NCBI GenBank assembly: GCA_046759645.1
Contig: JBHICO010000002.1
Span: forward strand, 2,725-66,724
DNA: 64,000 bases
Direction of reading: 5' to 3'
Source of the DNA: Nitrososphaerales archaeon
GTDB taxonomy: Archaea > Thermoproteota > Nitrososphaeria > Nitrososphaerales > UBA213
The stretch's first letter is position 1. Each line of letters opens with the position of its first letter. The position numbers and the translations under genes are program-made. A model generated the notes under the pieces. The model did no database searches. It saw only the letters and a list, made by a program, of their open reading frames with translations, and was not told where the DNA came from. This document shows, piece after piece, positions 9,814 through 19,247 of this stretch.

Positions 9814-10434
9814 TTACTTCGTATAGTCAATTACTAGCTGTGCAAAATATTTGTGCATCCTTGTATCATTCGACAGTTCTGGATGGAAGGAAGTGCCTAT
9901 CACGTGTCCATGCTTTATGGCAACTATTTTGTTGTTCAGGGTTGCAATCACATCAATACCATTCTTAAGTTCTGTAACAATGGGAGATCGTATGAAGATG
10001 CCATTGAAGAGCCCCTTTCCTATTAGTGGTATCTCCAACTCGGCTTCAAAAGAATCACTCTGTCTTCCGAAAGCATTTCTTTCTACAGTTATATCTGAAA
10101 CACCAAGCAGTTGTTGTTTTGTTTCGCCAACCACTTTATCATAAGCACGTTTAGCAAGCATTATCATGCCGGCACATGTTCCCAGAACAGGCATACCATC
10201 GTTTATGCGATCCCTTATCAACTGAGTCACACCGCTTAATTTAGCCAGAGTTCCGATAACTGTACTTTCTCCGCCAGGCAGAATCAGACCATCGATACCC
10301 ACAATTTCATTGGGATATTTTACTGGCTTAGCTCGTCCCTTTATTCCTAGTTCATTTAACGCTTGATTCGTTGCAGAAAGGTTCTCTTTGATGTCTCCTT
10401 GTACCGCAAGTATACCTATCTGTACCTCTTTCAT
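9814..10434 (-). CDS. pdxT: Pyridoxal 5'-phosphate synthase glutaminase subunit
   Basis: [24 protein letters not shown] (nucleophile Cys) and FHPELS. 4-nt overlap with pdxS. Confidence 0.9.
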   Translation of the reverse strand: MKEVQIGILAVQGDIKENLSATNQALNELGIKGRAKPVKYPNEIVGIDGLILPGGESTVIGTLAKLSGVTQLIRDRINDGMPVLGTCAGMIMLAKRAYDKVVGETKQQLLGVSDITVERNAFGRQSDSFEAELEIPLIGKGLFNGIFIRSPIVTELKNGIDVIATLNNKIVAIKHGHVIGTSFHPELSNDTRMHKYFAQLVIDYTK

Positions 10435-11399
10435 GCGTTGCTTCCTCTTTCCTGCATCCTAAGATCAAGATTAGCTGTATCCATCCCAACCATGGATTTC
10501 TTTTCATCAACCATCTTCTGGGCTTCCTTCACTTGTTTTGGATCATCGTGATATGTGGTGGCAATCACCACTGCTCTTGCCCTTTCCGCAGGGTCTTCAG
10601 CTTTGAATATCCCAGAACCAACGAAGACTCCATCACATCCAAGGTTCATAAGGAACGAAGCATCCGCGGGGGTTGATATACCACCCGCTGCAAAGTTTAC
10701 TATCGGCAACCTTCCAAGCTTCGCAGTTTCTTCAACATAGGGATAAGAGACTTTTAATTCTCTTGAAGCTTTGACCAATTCTTGCACATCACCGGATTCG
10801 TATATAGAACTTATCTTTCTAATTTCGTTATTAACAAGCCTGATATGCTTAACAGCTTCTGCCACATTTCCTGTACCAGGTTCACCTTTAGTCCTTATCA
10901 TAGAGGCCCCTTCCTCCATTCGTCTTAACGCTTCTCCGAGATTTCTTGCTCCATTAACGAAGGGAAGAGTAAAATCCCACTTCCATATTTGGCGTTCTTC
11001 ATCAGCTGGTGTAAGTACTTCTGATTCATCGATCATATCAACGTCGCTAGCTTCCAAAACTTTCGCTTCATAAACATGACCTATCCTGCATTTGGCCATC
11101 ATTGGAATCGTAATATGCTCTCTTATATCTTCGATAACCTTGATACTTGCCGTTCTTGCAACACCACCAACCTTCCTAACATCAAATGGCAACTTGTCAA
11201 GAACCATCACTGCAACTGCACCAGCATCTTCAGCAATCTGCGCCTGTTCAACATTCGTAACATCCATGATCACTCCATGCTTCTGCATGTGTGCGAAGCC
11301 ACGTTTTACCAAAGTAGTGCCTTTCCTTATTGGAACTGTTTCCAGCTTTTCATGCTTGACGCCCTTGGGTTGTATCTCACTTGATACGAGAGATATCAT
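10431..11399 (-). CDS. pdxS: Pyridoxal 5'-phosphate synthase lyase subunit
   Basis: [44 protein letters not shown] and [12 protein letters not shown] are classic PdxS motifs. Confidence 0.9.
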   Translation of the reverse strand: MISLVSSEIQPKGVKHEKLETVPIRKGTTLVKRGFAHMQKHGVIMDVTNVEQAQIAEDAGAVAVMVLDKLPFDVRKVGGVARTASIKVIEDIREHITIPMMAKCRIGHVYEAKVLEASDVDMIDESEVLTPADEERQIWKWDFTLPFVNGARNLGEALRRMEEGASMIRTKGEPGTGNVAEAVKHIRLVNNEIRKISSIYESGDVQELVKASRELKVSYPYVEETAKLGRLPIVNFAAGGISTPADASFLMNLGCDGVFVGSGIFKAEDPAERARAVVIATTYHDDPKQVKEAQKMVDEKKSMVGMDTANLDLRMQERGSNA

Positions 11400-11455
11400 A
11401 ATTTAGCGATCTACATAATCTTATATTTACGTTTAGCTTTGGAAAGGTTTTACTC

Positions 11456-11992
11456 CTAAGCCTTCTTTTCACCATATCTTTCAAAGTAAGTTATTTTTTG
11501 CAAGGAGATTCGATCGAACTTCTCCGGTGCTTCGTTTGCATGCCCAACCGGAATTATTCCAATAGCCCTTACATGTATGGGCAGTTTCAGTATTTCCTTG
11601 ACTTTATCATCTTCAAAGGCACCAACAAAGCAGGCTGCTAATCCCTCGTTCACAACCGTAAGAAGGACAAGCATCGATGAAAATGCACCATCAATGATGC
11701 TGTAAAAGTTAACTCCTCTATCACCATACCTCTTTACGACCCTGTCTGTGTTTGCACACACTACAATGACCACCGGTGCCTGTGCTATGAAGTCCTGTCC
11801 TACCGATGCCTCTGCAAGTTTTCTTTTGATTTCCCTATCTTTCACAATAATGAATTCTTGTTGTTGCAGAAACCCCGCACTAGGTGCTCTATGTGCATTC
11901 TTGAGCAGTTTCATCACTTGCAGATCATCCACCTTCATGTCCTTGAATGAACGTGTCATTCTCCTCTTTCTTAGAATCATATCAAAATCCAT
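11456..11992 (-). CDS. Nitroreductase-family flavoprotein
   Basis: ILRKRRMTRSFKDMKVDDLQVMKLLKNAHRAPSAGFLQQQEFIIV is a typical nitroreductase N-terminus. About 178 aa. Confidence 0.7.
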   Translation of the reverse strand: MDFDMILRKRRMTRSFKDMKVDDLQVMKLLKNAHRAPSAGFLQQQEFIIVKDREIKRKLAEASVGQDFIAQAPVVIVVCANTDRVVKRYGDRGVNFYSIIDGAFSSMLVLLTVVNEGLAACFVGAFEDDKVKEILKLPIHVRAIGIIPVGHANEAPEKFDRISLQKITYFERYGEKKA

Positions 11993-12227
11993 ACTATTAC
12001 GGGGATATCATGGTCAATATGTTTTCTTATCCATCTATGCCTAAGTGAGATGTAATAAGTATGGTTGACCGAAAGATATACAATTCACAGATGCGTATAT
12101 TGCCCATGGGTACTTGCGGTAAGCGTCGTTTCATTGTTGCAATAACGTATAAATTTCGTGTCGCCAAGGGGATCCTTGAAAGCTTACCTCTTGTATGTGG
12201 TATTCATATTGCACAGGGTGCTCATCA

Positions 12228-12833
12228 ATGACAGAAGACGATTTAAAACCCGATGAAGTGAAGAATTCTGAGGCATTGAAGAATATGATCGAAAGGTGGG
12301 CTGATACCATCAATTGGATACAGGATAGAACCCCAGACATTCCTACGGTAGGTCCTGCGGCTGGTTTAGCAAGAAATTCGGTTACTATAAACGCTGAGCT
12401 TGCCAAAGCTGCAGAAGAGCTTTCTGCATTTAACAGGACGCTTTCGCAGTATTATGCAAAGGTTAGTGCTGCATGGATGGAAGCAACAAGGCAGGTAATG
12501 ACAAAGTGCCCTCCCGATATATTGGATGAAAAGGCAAAGGAGCAGCTGAAAAAGGTCTGGCTAGAAGCCTTCGAGGAAGAATTTACAAAATTGTTTGATT
12601 CAGAAGACTTTGCAGTAGTTTTTGGAAAACTGCTAAAACATGAAATACAGTTCAACAAGCATATACATAGGCTGGTTGAAATTTACTCGAAAAATCTGGA
12701 TATACCAACAAGGACCGAGTTCGAAAGTGTTTACGAGGAAATAGAACGCATAAAGAAGAAACTCAAGGAAATTTCAGATGTGATAGAGGAGATATCTGGT
12801 GGAAAGAAGAAGGATATAGCTAAGGTGTTGTAG
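12228..12833 (+). CDS. phaE: PHA synthase subunit PhaE (short archaeal type); start may be 12195 or 12228
   Basis: Lies immediately upstream of phaC. C-terminal IPTRTEFESVYEEIERIKKKLKEI resembles the PhaE C-terminal helix. About 200 aa, as in the short archaeal PhaE. Confidence 0.6.
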   Translation: MTEDDLKPDEVKNSEALKNMIERWADTINWIQDRTPDIPTVGPAAGLARNSVTINAELAKAAEELSAFNRTLSQYYAKVSAAWMEATRQVMTKCPPDILDEKAKEQLKKVWLEAFEEEFTKLFDSEDFAVVFGKLLKHEIQFNKHIHRLVEIYSKNLDIPTRTEFESVYEEIERIKKKLKEISDVIEEISGGKKKDIAKVL

Positions 12834-12873
12834 AACGAGCTCTAAAGATTATTCTACCGTCTTCTTGACTATA

Positions 12874-13908
12874 ATGCAGCAGATTCAGCAATTCAATCGT
12901 GGTGTGTTGCAAGCTTCTGATTGTGCAAGAACTATAGGAAACATCGATGTAGGCACAACACCTGCTGATATTGTTCATCAAGGCAGAAATCTACGATTGT
13001 TACATTATAAGCCACTTATAGAGAAGACACATCCTGTGCCCTTGCTCGTTGTATATGCTCTCATAAACAGGTATTATGCTCTGGATCTGCAACCTGACAA
13101 GAGCTGGGTTCGTGCTATGTTAAAGCATGGCTTTGATGTATACTTGATAGACTGGGGCTCACCCCAGCCTATAGATCGGCATCTAAAATTTGACGATTAT
13201 GTGAACCGATACATAGACTATTTCGTCGATCTGGTGAGAGACGCTTCAGGTCAGGAAAGGATTTCACTGCACGGATACTGCATGGGCGGTTCCATGTCTG
13301 CTATGTACGCATCCCTTCATGGTGACAAGGTCAAGAATCTCTATGTGACTGCACCAGTAATTGATGTTGAGAAAGATACCACAGTTTTAGGTAATCTATC
13401 AAAGCATATAGATGCGGACCTGCTCGTTGATAATTTTGGGAATATTCCTCCAGAGTTCATGTATCTTTGCTATTCTATACTTAAACCGTTCAAGCAGGGC
13501 GTAAGAAAGTACATAGAATTTGCTAGCAATTTTCATGATAGGGATTTTGTCGAAAATTTTTTGCGTGTTGAAAAATGGCTTTACGATACGCCACCTATAC
13601 CCGGTGAGACTTTTAGGCAATGGATCAAAGATATTTATCAAAAGAACTTGCTTGTAAAGAACCAGATGAAACTTGACAACAAACTTGTTGATCTGCGAAG
13701 GATCGACATGCCTTTGCTCACAGTCGTAGCTGAAGACGATCATCTTGTGTCACCTGAGTGTAGTATACCGCTAAACTATACGGTTTCAAGTGAGGATAAG
13801 GAGTTGAAGGTTTACCCAACTGGCCATATAGGTTTACTAGCAAGTGTTTACTCACAGGAACGTATAATGCCAGAAATTGCCTCTTGGTTGAAAGAAAGAT
13901 CATACTAA
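12874..13908 (+). CDS. phaC: Class III poly(3-hydroxyalkanoate) synthase catalytic subunit
   Basis: Lipase box with Cys nucleophile SLHGYCMGGSM, later EDDHLVSPE and YPTGHIGLL (Asp/His candidates). About 345 aa alpha/beta fold. Confidence 0.85.
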   Translation: MQQIQQFNRGVLQASDCARTIGNIDVGTTPADIVHQGRNLRLLHYKPLIEKTHPVPLLVVYALINRYYALDLQPDKSWVRAMLKHGFDVYLIDWGSPQPIDRHLKFDDYVNRYIDYFVDLVRDASGQERISLHGYCMGGSMSAMYASLHGDKVKNLYVTAPVIDVEKDTTVLGNLSKHIDADLLVDNFGNIPPEFMYLCYSILKPFKQGVRKYIEFASNFHDRDFVENFLRVEKWLYDTPPIPGETFRQWIKDIYQKNLLVKNQMKLDNKLVDLRRIDMPLLTVVAEDDHLVSPECSIPLNYTVSSEDKELKVYPTGHIGLLASVYSQERIMPEIASWLKERSY

Positions 13909-13921
13909 CATAGTAGTACTA

Positions 13922-14287
13922 TCATTTCTTGGTGTCAAGAACATTCTCTATCGAATAAGCTATTTCTATTGCTCTATTGCCGGTAACCGATGGCTGTAAC
14001 GTTACATATAGTATATTGTCTGAGCGATAGAATGTCAACTGTTTTAGCTTCTCCCTTTCAACATAAACCATATGCGTCTTTCCATATATCTTGTTAAACA
14101 TCTCATACATCTGAGCCCTCATAGCTACTTGGTTAAACCAGCGTTTCTGGTGTATTTCATCATCAATGGATTCAAGACCTTCTCTCATCATTCCTTCGAT
14201 TAGCTTTCCAGATTTGTTAATAAATGCCACGAACCTTATATCCTTGTTAATATCAAATATATTGTTGCATAGGTTCCGGTAGTCCAT
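13922..14287 (-). CDS. Hypothetical 121-aa protein inside the PHA locus
   Basis: Clean ATG ORF with no recognised motif. Alternating strand/helix pattern; a Roadblock/longin-like fold is only a guess. Confidence 0.45.
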   Translation of the reverse strand: MDYRNLCNNIFDINKDIRFVAFINKSGKLIEGMMREGLESIDDEIHQKRWFNQVAMRAQMYEMFNKIYGKTHMVYVEREKLKQLTFYRSDNILYVTLQPSVTGNRAIEIAYSIENVLDTKK

Positions 14288-14310
14288 ACGTATAAGATAA
14301 CATCGGGAAT

Positions 14311-14345
14311 TAAAAAGCGTTTAAAAAAAAATTTTAAAAAATTGA
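14311..14345 (-). terminator. A/T tract; oligo-T run on the minus strand after the phasin-like gene, and probably the TATA region of the next gene
   Basis: Minus strand reads TTTTTTAAAATTTTTTTTAAACGCTTTTTAATT directly after the stop at 14354 and about 35 nt before the ATG at 14287. Archaeal terminators are oligo-T runs. Confidence 0.3.
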
Positions 14346-14353
14346 ATTCAGAT

Positions 14354-14770
14354 CTATGCCTTAAAAGGTACTACGAAAGTCTGCCATGTCTTTACCAGGT
14401 TCTGGTTTATCTTTGCGAATGTATCAATAGTTGCGCCAAAGGTCTTGACATTCTGTGTCGCTGCATCAACACTCGCTATAACTGCCTTGTTACTAATCGT
14501 TGAGGCCTTTAGGAATGCCTCAGCAACCTCGCTCGCATTTCTTGCTAGTGCAGATGGGAATTTACCTGGACCCCATGTTGCAGTCGCAAATTCCTTCTGT
14601 ACTGATATGGCCGATTCAGCAGCACTCTTGAATGCTTCAGTGTATTCATGCTGTAAGTTTGTCAGTGACTGCATGTATGCGGGTTGCAGTTTTGCTACTT
14701 CATCTATCACATTCGCACAAGTATCCTGATAAATATCAAAGGCATCTCTTTCTTGTCTTTTCTCACTCAA
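14354..14770 (-). CDS. Phasin-like (PhaP-like) helical protein; start uncertain
   Basis: Ala/Thr/Gln-rich helical sequence with no Cys or Trp clusters. TTG at 14770 lies 8 nt after AAGGAGGTG (14785-14777) and overlaps the upstream stop. Tracked starts at 14872/14815 overlap the upstream gene by 53-110 nt. Confidence 0.45.
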   Translation of the reverse strand: MSEKRQERDAFDIYQDTCANVIDEVAKLQPAYMQSLTNLQHEYTEAFKSAAESAISVQKEFATATWGPGKFPSALARNASEVAEAFLKASTISNKAVIASVDAATQNVKTFGATIDTFAKINQNLVKTWQTFVVPFKA

Positions 14771-15128
14771 TATTTCCACCTCCTTCCTGTTTCGTTTGGA
14801 ATTTTTGGGAATCATCCTTACCCCTATTTCGATCCCTTCCCTTCTCCAGAGGAACGATGATAACCTGAACAAGATCTCCGTCTTCTATCCCCAATGCTTG
14901 TCTCTCCGCTTCTGGAATAGATATTCTCCCATTGCTCTGCACTGTTGCTTTGAATACTGCATTGAAGTTGGTTATAGTTTGCAAAATGTTCATGAATCCT
15001 TGCATCGTTTCAAACTGCATTGAGGACATCCGTTTTAGGAATTCGGCCTGTGTCTCAGTACCGCTCTTCAAAGCCTTCCTGAATAGGTATGCTGGGTTTG
15101 TTTGATTTTGACTTTCTTCATTGCTCAT
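14763..15128 (-). CDS. AbrB/SpoVT-domain regulator (PhaR-like)
   Basis: C-terminal half VQSNGRISIPEAERQALGIEDGDLVQVIIVPLE is a swapped-hairpin AbrB/MazE-type motif. Helical N-terminal half. Sits upstream of the phasin-like ORF. Confidence 0.55.
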   Translation of the reverse strand: MSNEESQNQTNPAYLFRKALKSGTETQAEFLKRMSSMQFETMQGFMNILQTITNFNAVFKATVQSNGRISIPEAERQALGIEDGDLVQVIIVPLEKGRDRNRGKDDSQKFQTKQEGGGNIE

Positions 15129-15164
15129 GGTTTTGATTCCCTTACAATACCATTACATACCACG

Positions 15165-15174
15165 CTATATAACC
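15165..15174 (-). promoter_or_regulatory. Candidate TATA box for the phaR-like/phasin-like operon
   Basis: Minus strand GGTTATATAG about 35 nt upstream of the ATG at 15128. Confidence 0.3.
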
Positions 15175-15244
15175 TTTATGGTTTTAAATGGTGCATAAAT
15201 CCATTCCAAACCTCCAACGTATTACATGCACATTGATTAAGTGC

Positions 15245-16039
15245 TCAATTTCTAAGGAATTTCAGAACTATTTCACAAAATCTCTCCGGTTTTTCAAAGT
15301 AGGGTGTATGGCCGCAATCTACCATTATGGCCAGTTCTGAGCCCTTTATTCCACTGTGAAATTGCTTCGCAAACTTTTGTGGGATCAAAGCGTCTTTCTT
15401 GCCCCATATAATAAGGGTGAGAGTCTTGATTCTAGCCAATCTATCTACCAATGAGGGCGCAGATTTGTCACCCATAATCGCTGACATGAATGCATATTTG
15501 GCATTTGGAAGCTGCATTCTATTGATAAAATCTCTTGTATAAATTTCATCTACATTCTTGCTCCCACTCATCTCTTGGAATGCTTTTTTCGCATTTTCGA
15601 AGGTAGGATACATTGCAGCAGCAATATAGTGGTTTAATGCGGAAGTAGGTTCTTTCAGCATGCCTGCAGGGGAGACCAGGACCATTTTCTCCACCATGTT
15701 GTCATGCGTTAGAGCGGTTTCTATTGCTATATGCCCACCAAGTGAACCACCCACTAGAATAACACGCTCCATCTTCAACTTTTTAACGAATTTCTTCACA
15801 AAATTCACGAAGAAATCCATTGTATAGTACGCGTCAGGTTTGTCACTGTAACCGAAACCCAGGATATCAGGTGCCACTACATGATATTCTTTTGCAAGAA
15901 TAGGCATAATTTTTATCCATCTGCCAGCTGAAGCTCCCAGACCATGCAGACAAAGGATATGTTTTGCATTGGCTTTGCCGTCTTCTATGTATCGGACGCG
16001 ATAGCCATCTACAGTAATGAAATACTGCTCCAGCATCAT
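15245..16039 (-). CDS. Alpha/beta-fold hydrolase
   Basis: HGLGASAGRW oxyanion region, nucleophile elbow GGSLGGH, C-terminal CGHTPYFEKP (His). Substrate unknown. Confidence 0.75.
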   Translation of the reverse strand: MMLEQYFITVDGYRVRYIEDGKANAKHILCLHGLGASAGRWIKIMPILAKEYHVVAPDILGFGYSDKPDAYYTMDFFVNFVKKFVKKLKMERVILVGGSLGGHIAIETALTHDNMVEKMVLVSPAGMLKEPTSALNHYIAAAMYPTFENAKKAFQEMSGSKNVDEIYTRDFINRMQLPNAKYAFMSAIMGDKSAPSLVDRLARIKTLTLIIWGKKDALIPQKFAKQFHSGIKGSELAIMVDCGHTPYFEKPERFCEIVLKFLRN

Positions 16040-16089
16040 CCGTAGGTAAATTACTTAATTTTATAAACTCTCTTTCCAGAGCATTAATC

Positions 16090-16110
16090 TAGGCGTTGAT
16101 CTAACGCTTA
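16090..16110. promoter_or_regulatory. Imperfect palindrome TAGGCGTT-GATCT-AACGCTTA just upstream of the hydrolase TATA region
   Basis: 8-nt arms (one G-T position) with a 5-nt spacer. Lies about 50-70 nt upstream of the ATG at 16039. A TATA-like AATTTTATAAAC is at 16057-16068. Confidence 0.2.
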
Positions 16111-16245
16111 GACCTTCGTTCTCCATGAACAGATTCCCTGGATTGGTGTTAAGCAGGTCTATAGGTAACCCTTACGTCATCTTTGCGATAGGCTCTTTGC
16201 ACCTATATATGATATTACAGCAAAAACTGAAATCGGCAGTGTCAA

Positions 16246-16782
16246 TTAACTACTGTTATTTTCAATAATTTTTGCAAGCGTATCGCTCAACATTACCAAA
16301 AGTGGGGGTACAAAATCCTTCGACGAAGATTCATCTACCCATTGAATGGTCTTAGCTTGATTGTCTAAAGTTACCTTGAGTGTGTATCGTGTGAATTCTT
16401 GTGCATCATCTGTAGGCACAAATTCAGATTTTGGTATTTGCATGAAGCCAGTATCGGTTATGAGGGCCTTTAACCTCTTCATATCTTGCAAATTTACTTG
16501 AAACCTTGTCTGGAATCCTTTCTCCCCTTCCACTTTCACATCGTAAAACGCCTGCCGTTTCTCATCTATTATCAACGTCTCACTTCTGAGCGCTCCAGCC
16601 CTTTCAGTCACTACATGGCTGACACGTTTCATATCTTCTTTGATGAACTCGATCCTGAGTAGTGATGCATTAGTTGATGATGGTTGATCTCCATTGGGAT
16701 ACATCTTTGGTACAGCTATCGCCAACGCAATAATAATAGGAATTATCGCAGCGCCAATCAGCATCTTTTTGGTTACTATCAA
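16246..16782 (-). CDS. Hypothetical N-terminally membrane-anchored / secreted protein
   Basis: N-terminal hydrophobic helix MLIGAAIIPIIIALAIAV followed by a soluble domain. No recognised motif. Confidence 0.5.
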   Translation of the reverse strand: MIVTKKMLIGAAIIPIIIALAIAVPKMYPNGDQPSSTNASLLRIEFIKEDMKRVSHVVTERAGALRSETLIIDEKRQAFYDVKVEGEKGFQTRFQVNLQDMKRLKALITDTGFMQIPKSEFVPTDDAQEFTRYTLKVTLDNQAKTIQWVDESSSKDFVPPLLVMLSDTLAKIIENNSS

Positions 16783-16821
16783 TGTACATAACCGAGCTTT
16801 CTGCTATAGATATATGTTACA

Positions 16822-18750
16822 TCAGTTTGTGATTGTCTTTTTCGTATAGTTCAGCAACCCACCTTCTATCAGAATCTTGCGTTGCCTTTCCGAGAAATCA
16901 ATTTTAAGTTCAATGGAATTTTCATTCACTGACGCTTGTATGGTTTTACTTCCAGCAGATAACGCACTAATAACATCATGAATCTTTATCAATAATCCCT
17001 GCTGCAATTTCTCATAATCTGCCGGATCTACAAATTCGAAGGGCATTATTCCAAAGTTAATCAGATTTGCTCTATGTATCCTGGCAAACGATTTTGCAAG
17101 AACACCTTTCACGCCAAGGTACATTGGGGCTAGAGCAGCATGCTCCCTGCTGGAACCCTGCCCATAGTTTTCACCCCCAACAATGAAGCCCCCATTCTTT
17201 TCTTTAGCTCTCTTCGCAAAGGTTGGGTCTAGCCAGTAAAAGACATATTCGCTTATCGCCGGTATATTGCTTCTTAAGGGTAATATTTTGGCGCCTGCAG
17301 GCATGATAGCGTCTGTGCTAATGTTATCGTCAACTCTGATCAAAACTTCACCTTGTAGGTTCTCATCTATGGGCTTTCGTAATGGCAGGGGTTTAATGTT
17401 TGGTCCTCTTACTACTATAACCTTGCTTGGATCATCTGCTGGCTTCAGTATTCCAGAATCATCAATTAAAAAATGATCTGGCCATGGAATCTTTGGATAC
17501 TCTCCTAGATCCCTAGGATCTGATATCTTTCCACTGATTGCGCATGCGATACACACTTCAGGGCTGGTAAGATACACCTTATCGTCCCTCGTACCACTCC
17601 TTCCCGGCCAATTTCTGTTGAATGAACGAACCGAGACCCAATCCGTCCCGGGAGCAGAGCCCATGCCGATACATCCGTGGCAGCCAGGTTCCAACAATCT
17701 AGCTCCTGCAGAAATTATGTTGTACACGGCTCCATCTCTGGATACCATCTCTAACACCTGTTTAGACCCAGGATTGACTGCCATCGTAATATTGCGATGT
17801 ATCTTTCTACCTTTAAGTAGGTGTGCTGCGATCATCAATTCCTGGTAATTGGAATTGGTGCAAGAGCCTATAAGCACCTGCTGAACTTCTATACCCTGCA
17901 CATCCCTCACCTTCTTGATATTGTCCGGTGAACCAGGGCAGGCCATCATAGGTTCCAGTTCACTAAGGTTAATCTCCATTGTATCGTCGTACTCCGTATC
18001 ATGATCAGCAGCAAAGGGTTTCCAGTGTTCCTCTCTCCCCTGCCTTTTGAAGTAATCTCTTGTATTTTCATCTGAAGGAAATAAGGAGCTAGTAGCACCT
18101 AGCTCAGCACCCATGTTGCATATAGTTCCTCTTTCAGGGACAGACAGCATTTTTATGCCATCGCCGTAATACTCAAAGATCTTGTTAACTCCACCTTTCA
18201 CTGTAAGCCTTCTAAGCATTTCCAATATGACATCCTTTGCGGTGACCCATGGTCTGATTTGCCCTGTCAGCTTGACACCAACTACAGCGGGCATTTTAGT
18301 GTAAAATGGTGCACCTCCCATCGCAACCGCAACATCAAGACCACCAACACCTATTGCCAGCATTCCAGCACCCCCCGCCGTAGGAGTATGGCTGTCAGAT
18401 CCCAGCAATACCTTTCCTGGCATAGAAAATCTTTCAAGGTTAACTTGGTGGCAAATGCCATTACCAGGTTTCGAGAAATGTATACCATACTTCTTCGCAA
18501 AAGTCTCTAAAAATTTATGATCATCAGGATTTTCAAACCCTATCTGCAGGATATTATGATCAACATAAATAACCGCATGCTCAGCATTGATTCTATCAAC
18601 CCCCAATGCTTCAAACTGCAGACATGCCATAGTTCCAGTTGCATCTTGCATAAGCACCCTATCCACCTCGATACCAATCTCTTCGCCTGTACCCATCTTA
18701 CCATTTACTATATGAGATTCAATGATCTTCTGCGTCAAGGACTTGCCCAA
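16822..18750 (-). CDS. acn: Aconitate hydratase (short, about 640-aa type)
   Basis: Aconitase family motifs MQDATGTMA, GSDSHTPTAGG, IGSCTNSNYQEL, PGCHGCIGMG (Fe-S Cys ligands) and swivel domain GENYGQGSSREHAA. TTG start. Confidence 0.85.
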   Translation of the reverse strand: MGKSLTQKIIESHIVNGKMGTGEEIGIEVDRVLMQDATGTMACLQFEALGVDRINAEHAVIYVDHNILQIGFENPDDHKFLETFAKKYGIHFSKPGNGICHQVNLERFSMPGKVLLGSDSHTPTAGGAGMLAIGVGGLDVAVAMGGAPFYTKMPAVVGVKLTGQIRPWVTAKDVILEMLRRLTVKGGVNKIFEYYGDGIKMLSVPERGTICNMGAELGATSSLFPSDENTRDYFKRQGREEHWKPFAADHDTEYDDTMEINLSELEPMMACPGSPDNIKKVRDVQGIEVQQVLIGSCTNSNYQELMIAAHLLKGRKIHRNITMAVNPGSKQVLEMVSRDGAVYNIISAGARLLEPGCHGCIGMGSAPGTDWVSVRSFNRNWPGRSGTRDDKVYLTSPEVCIACAISGKISDPRDLGEYPKIPWPDHFLIDDSGILKPADDPSKVIVVRGPNIKPLPLRKPIDENLQGEVLIRVDDNISTDAIMPAGAKILPLRSNIPAISEYVFYWLDPTFAKRAKEKNGGFIVGGENYGQGSSREHAALAPMYLGVKGVLAKSFARIHRANLINFGIMPFEFVDPADYEKLQQGLLIKIHDVISALSAGSKTIQASVNENSIELKIDFSERQRKILIEGGLLNYTKKTITN

Positions 18751-18754
18751 TGTA

Positions 18755-19099
18755 TCACCCTATCACTTCGCTCAAATCAAGCTTCTCAGCAAACAAATCC
18801 CCATCGCATTTAGGGCATTTTTTCGGAGGTAATTCTACAACGGGTACCAGTTTGCTTCCATCTACAGGGCATTTGCTGTAAAAATGAACATCATGAATAT
18901 CTCCAGAAACAAACACGTTCTCCTCCTTACAGATAAATAATTTATAGTAAGCAAAATCCTCATTAAGATCGGTAAAAGTCTGCGCTAGGCCATACGACCC
19001 TAACGATACTTTCTTCTCATAGCCACATTTGCCACATCTAATATGCCAAACATCCATTGAAGTACAATCATTTTTATAATTAATAGATGTTACCTTCAC
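18755..19099 (-). CDS. Hypothetical zinc-ribbon protein
   Basis: CGKCGYE ... CPVDG ... CPKCDG Cys pairs. GTG start after AAGGGGA. Stops 4 nt before the aconitase start. Confidence 0.45.
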   Translation of the reverse strand: MKVTSINYKNDCTSMDVWHIRCGKCGYEKKVSLGSYGLAQTFTDLNEDFAYYKLFICKEENVFVSGDIHDVHFYSKCPVDGSKLVPVVELPPKKCPKCDGDLFAEKLDLSEVIG

Positions 19100-19247
19100 A
19101 CGTCCCCTTAAGGCCAGTTTTACTCTTCGACCTTATCAATTATCATTTGTATAATTTTAGGAATATTTTTTATCTTTAGTCCCAATATCTTCTCCATTCT
19201 TTATCTATGCTTTTTCCTTCAATAATGCAAATAATTTATGCATCTAG

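Noticed and set aside
12131-12406. 91-aa minus-strand ORF overlapping the phaE start region.
   Set aside because: It has no motif, is antisense to phaE, and would leave phaE without a promoter region.
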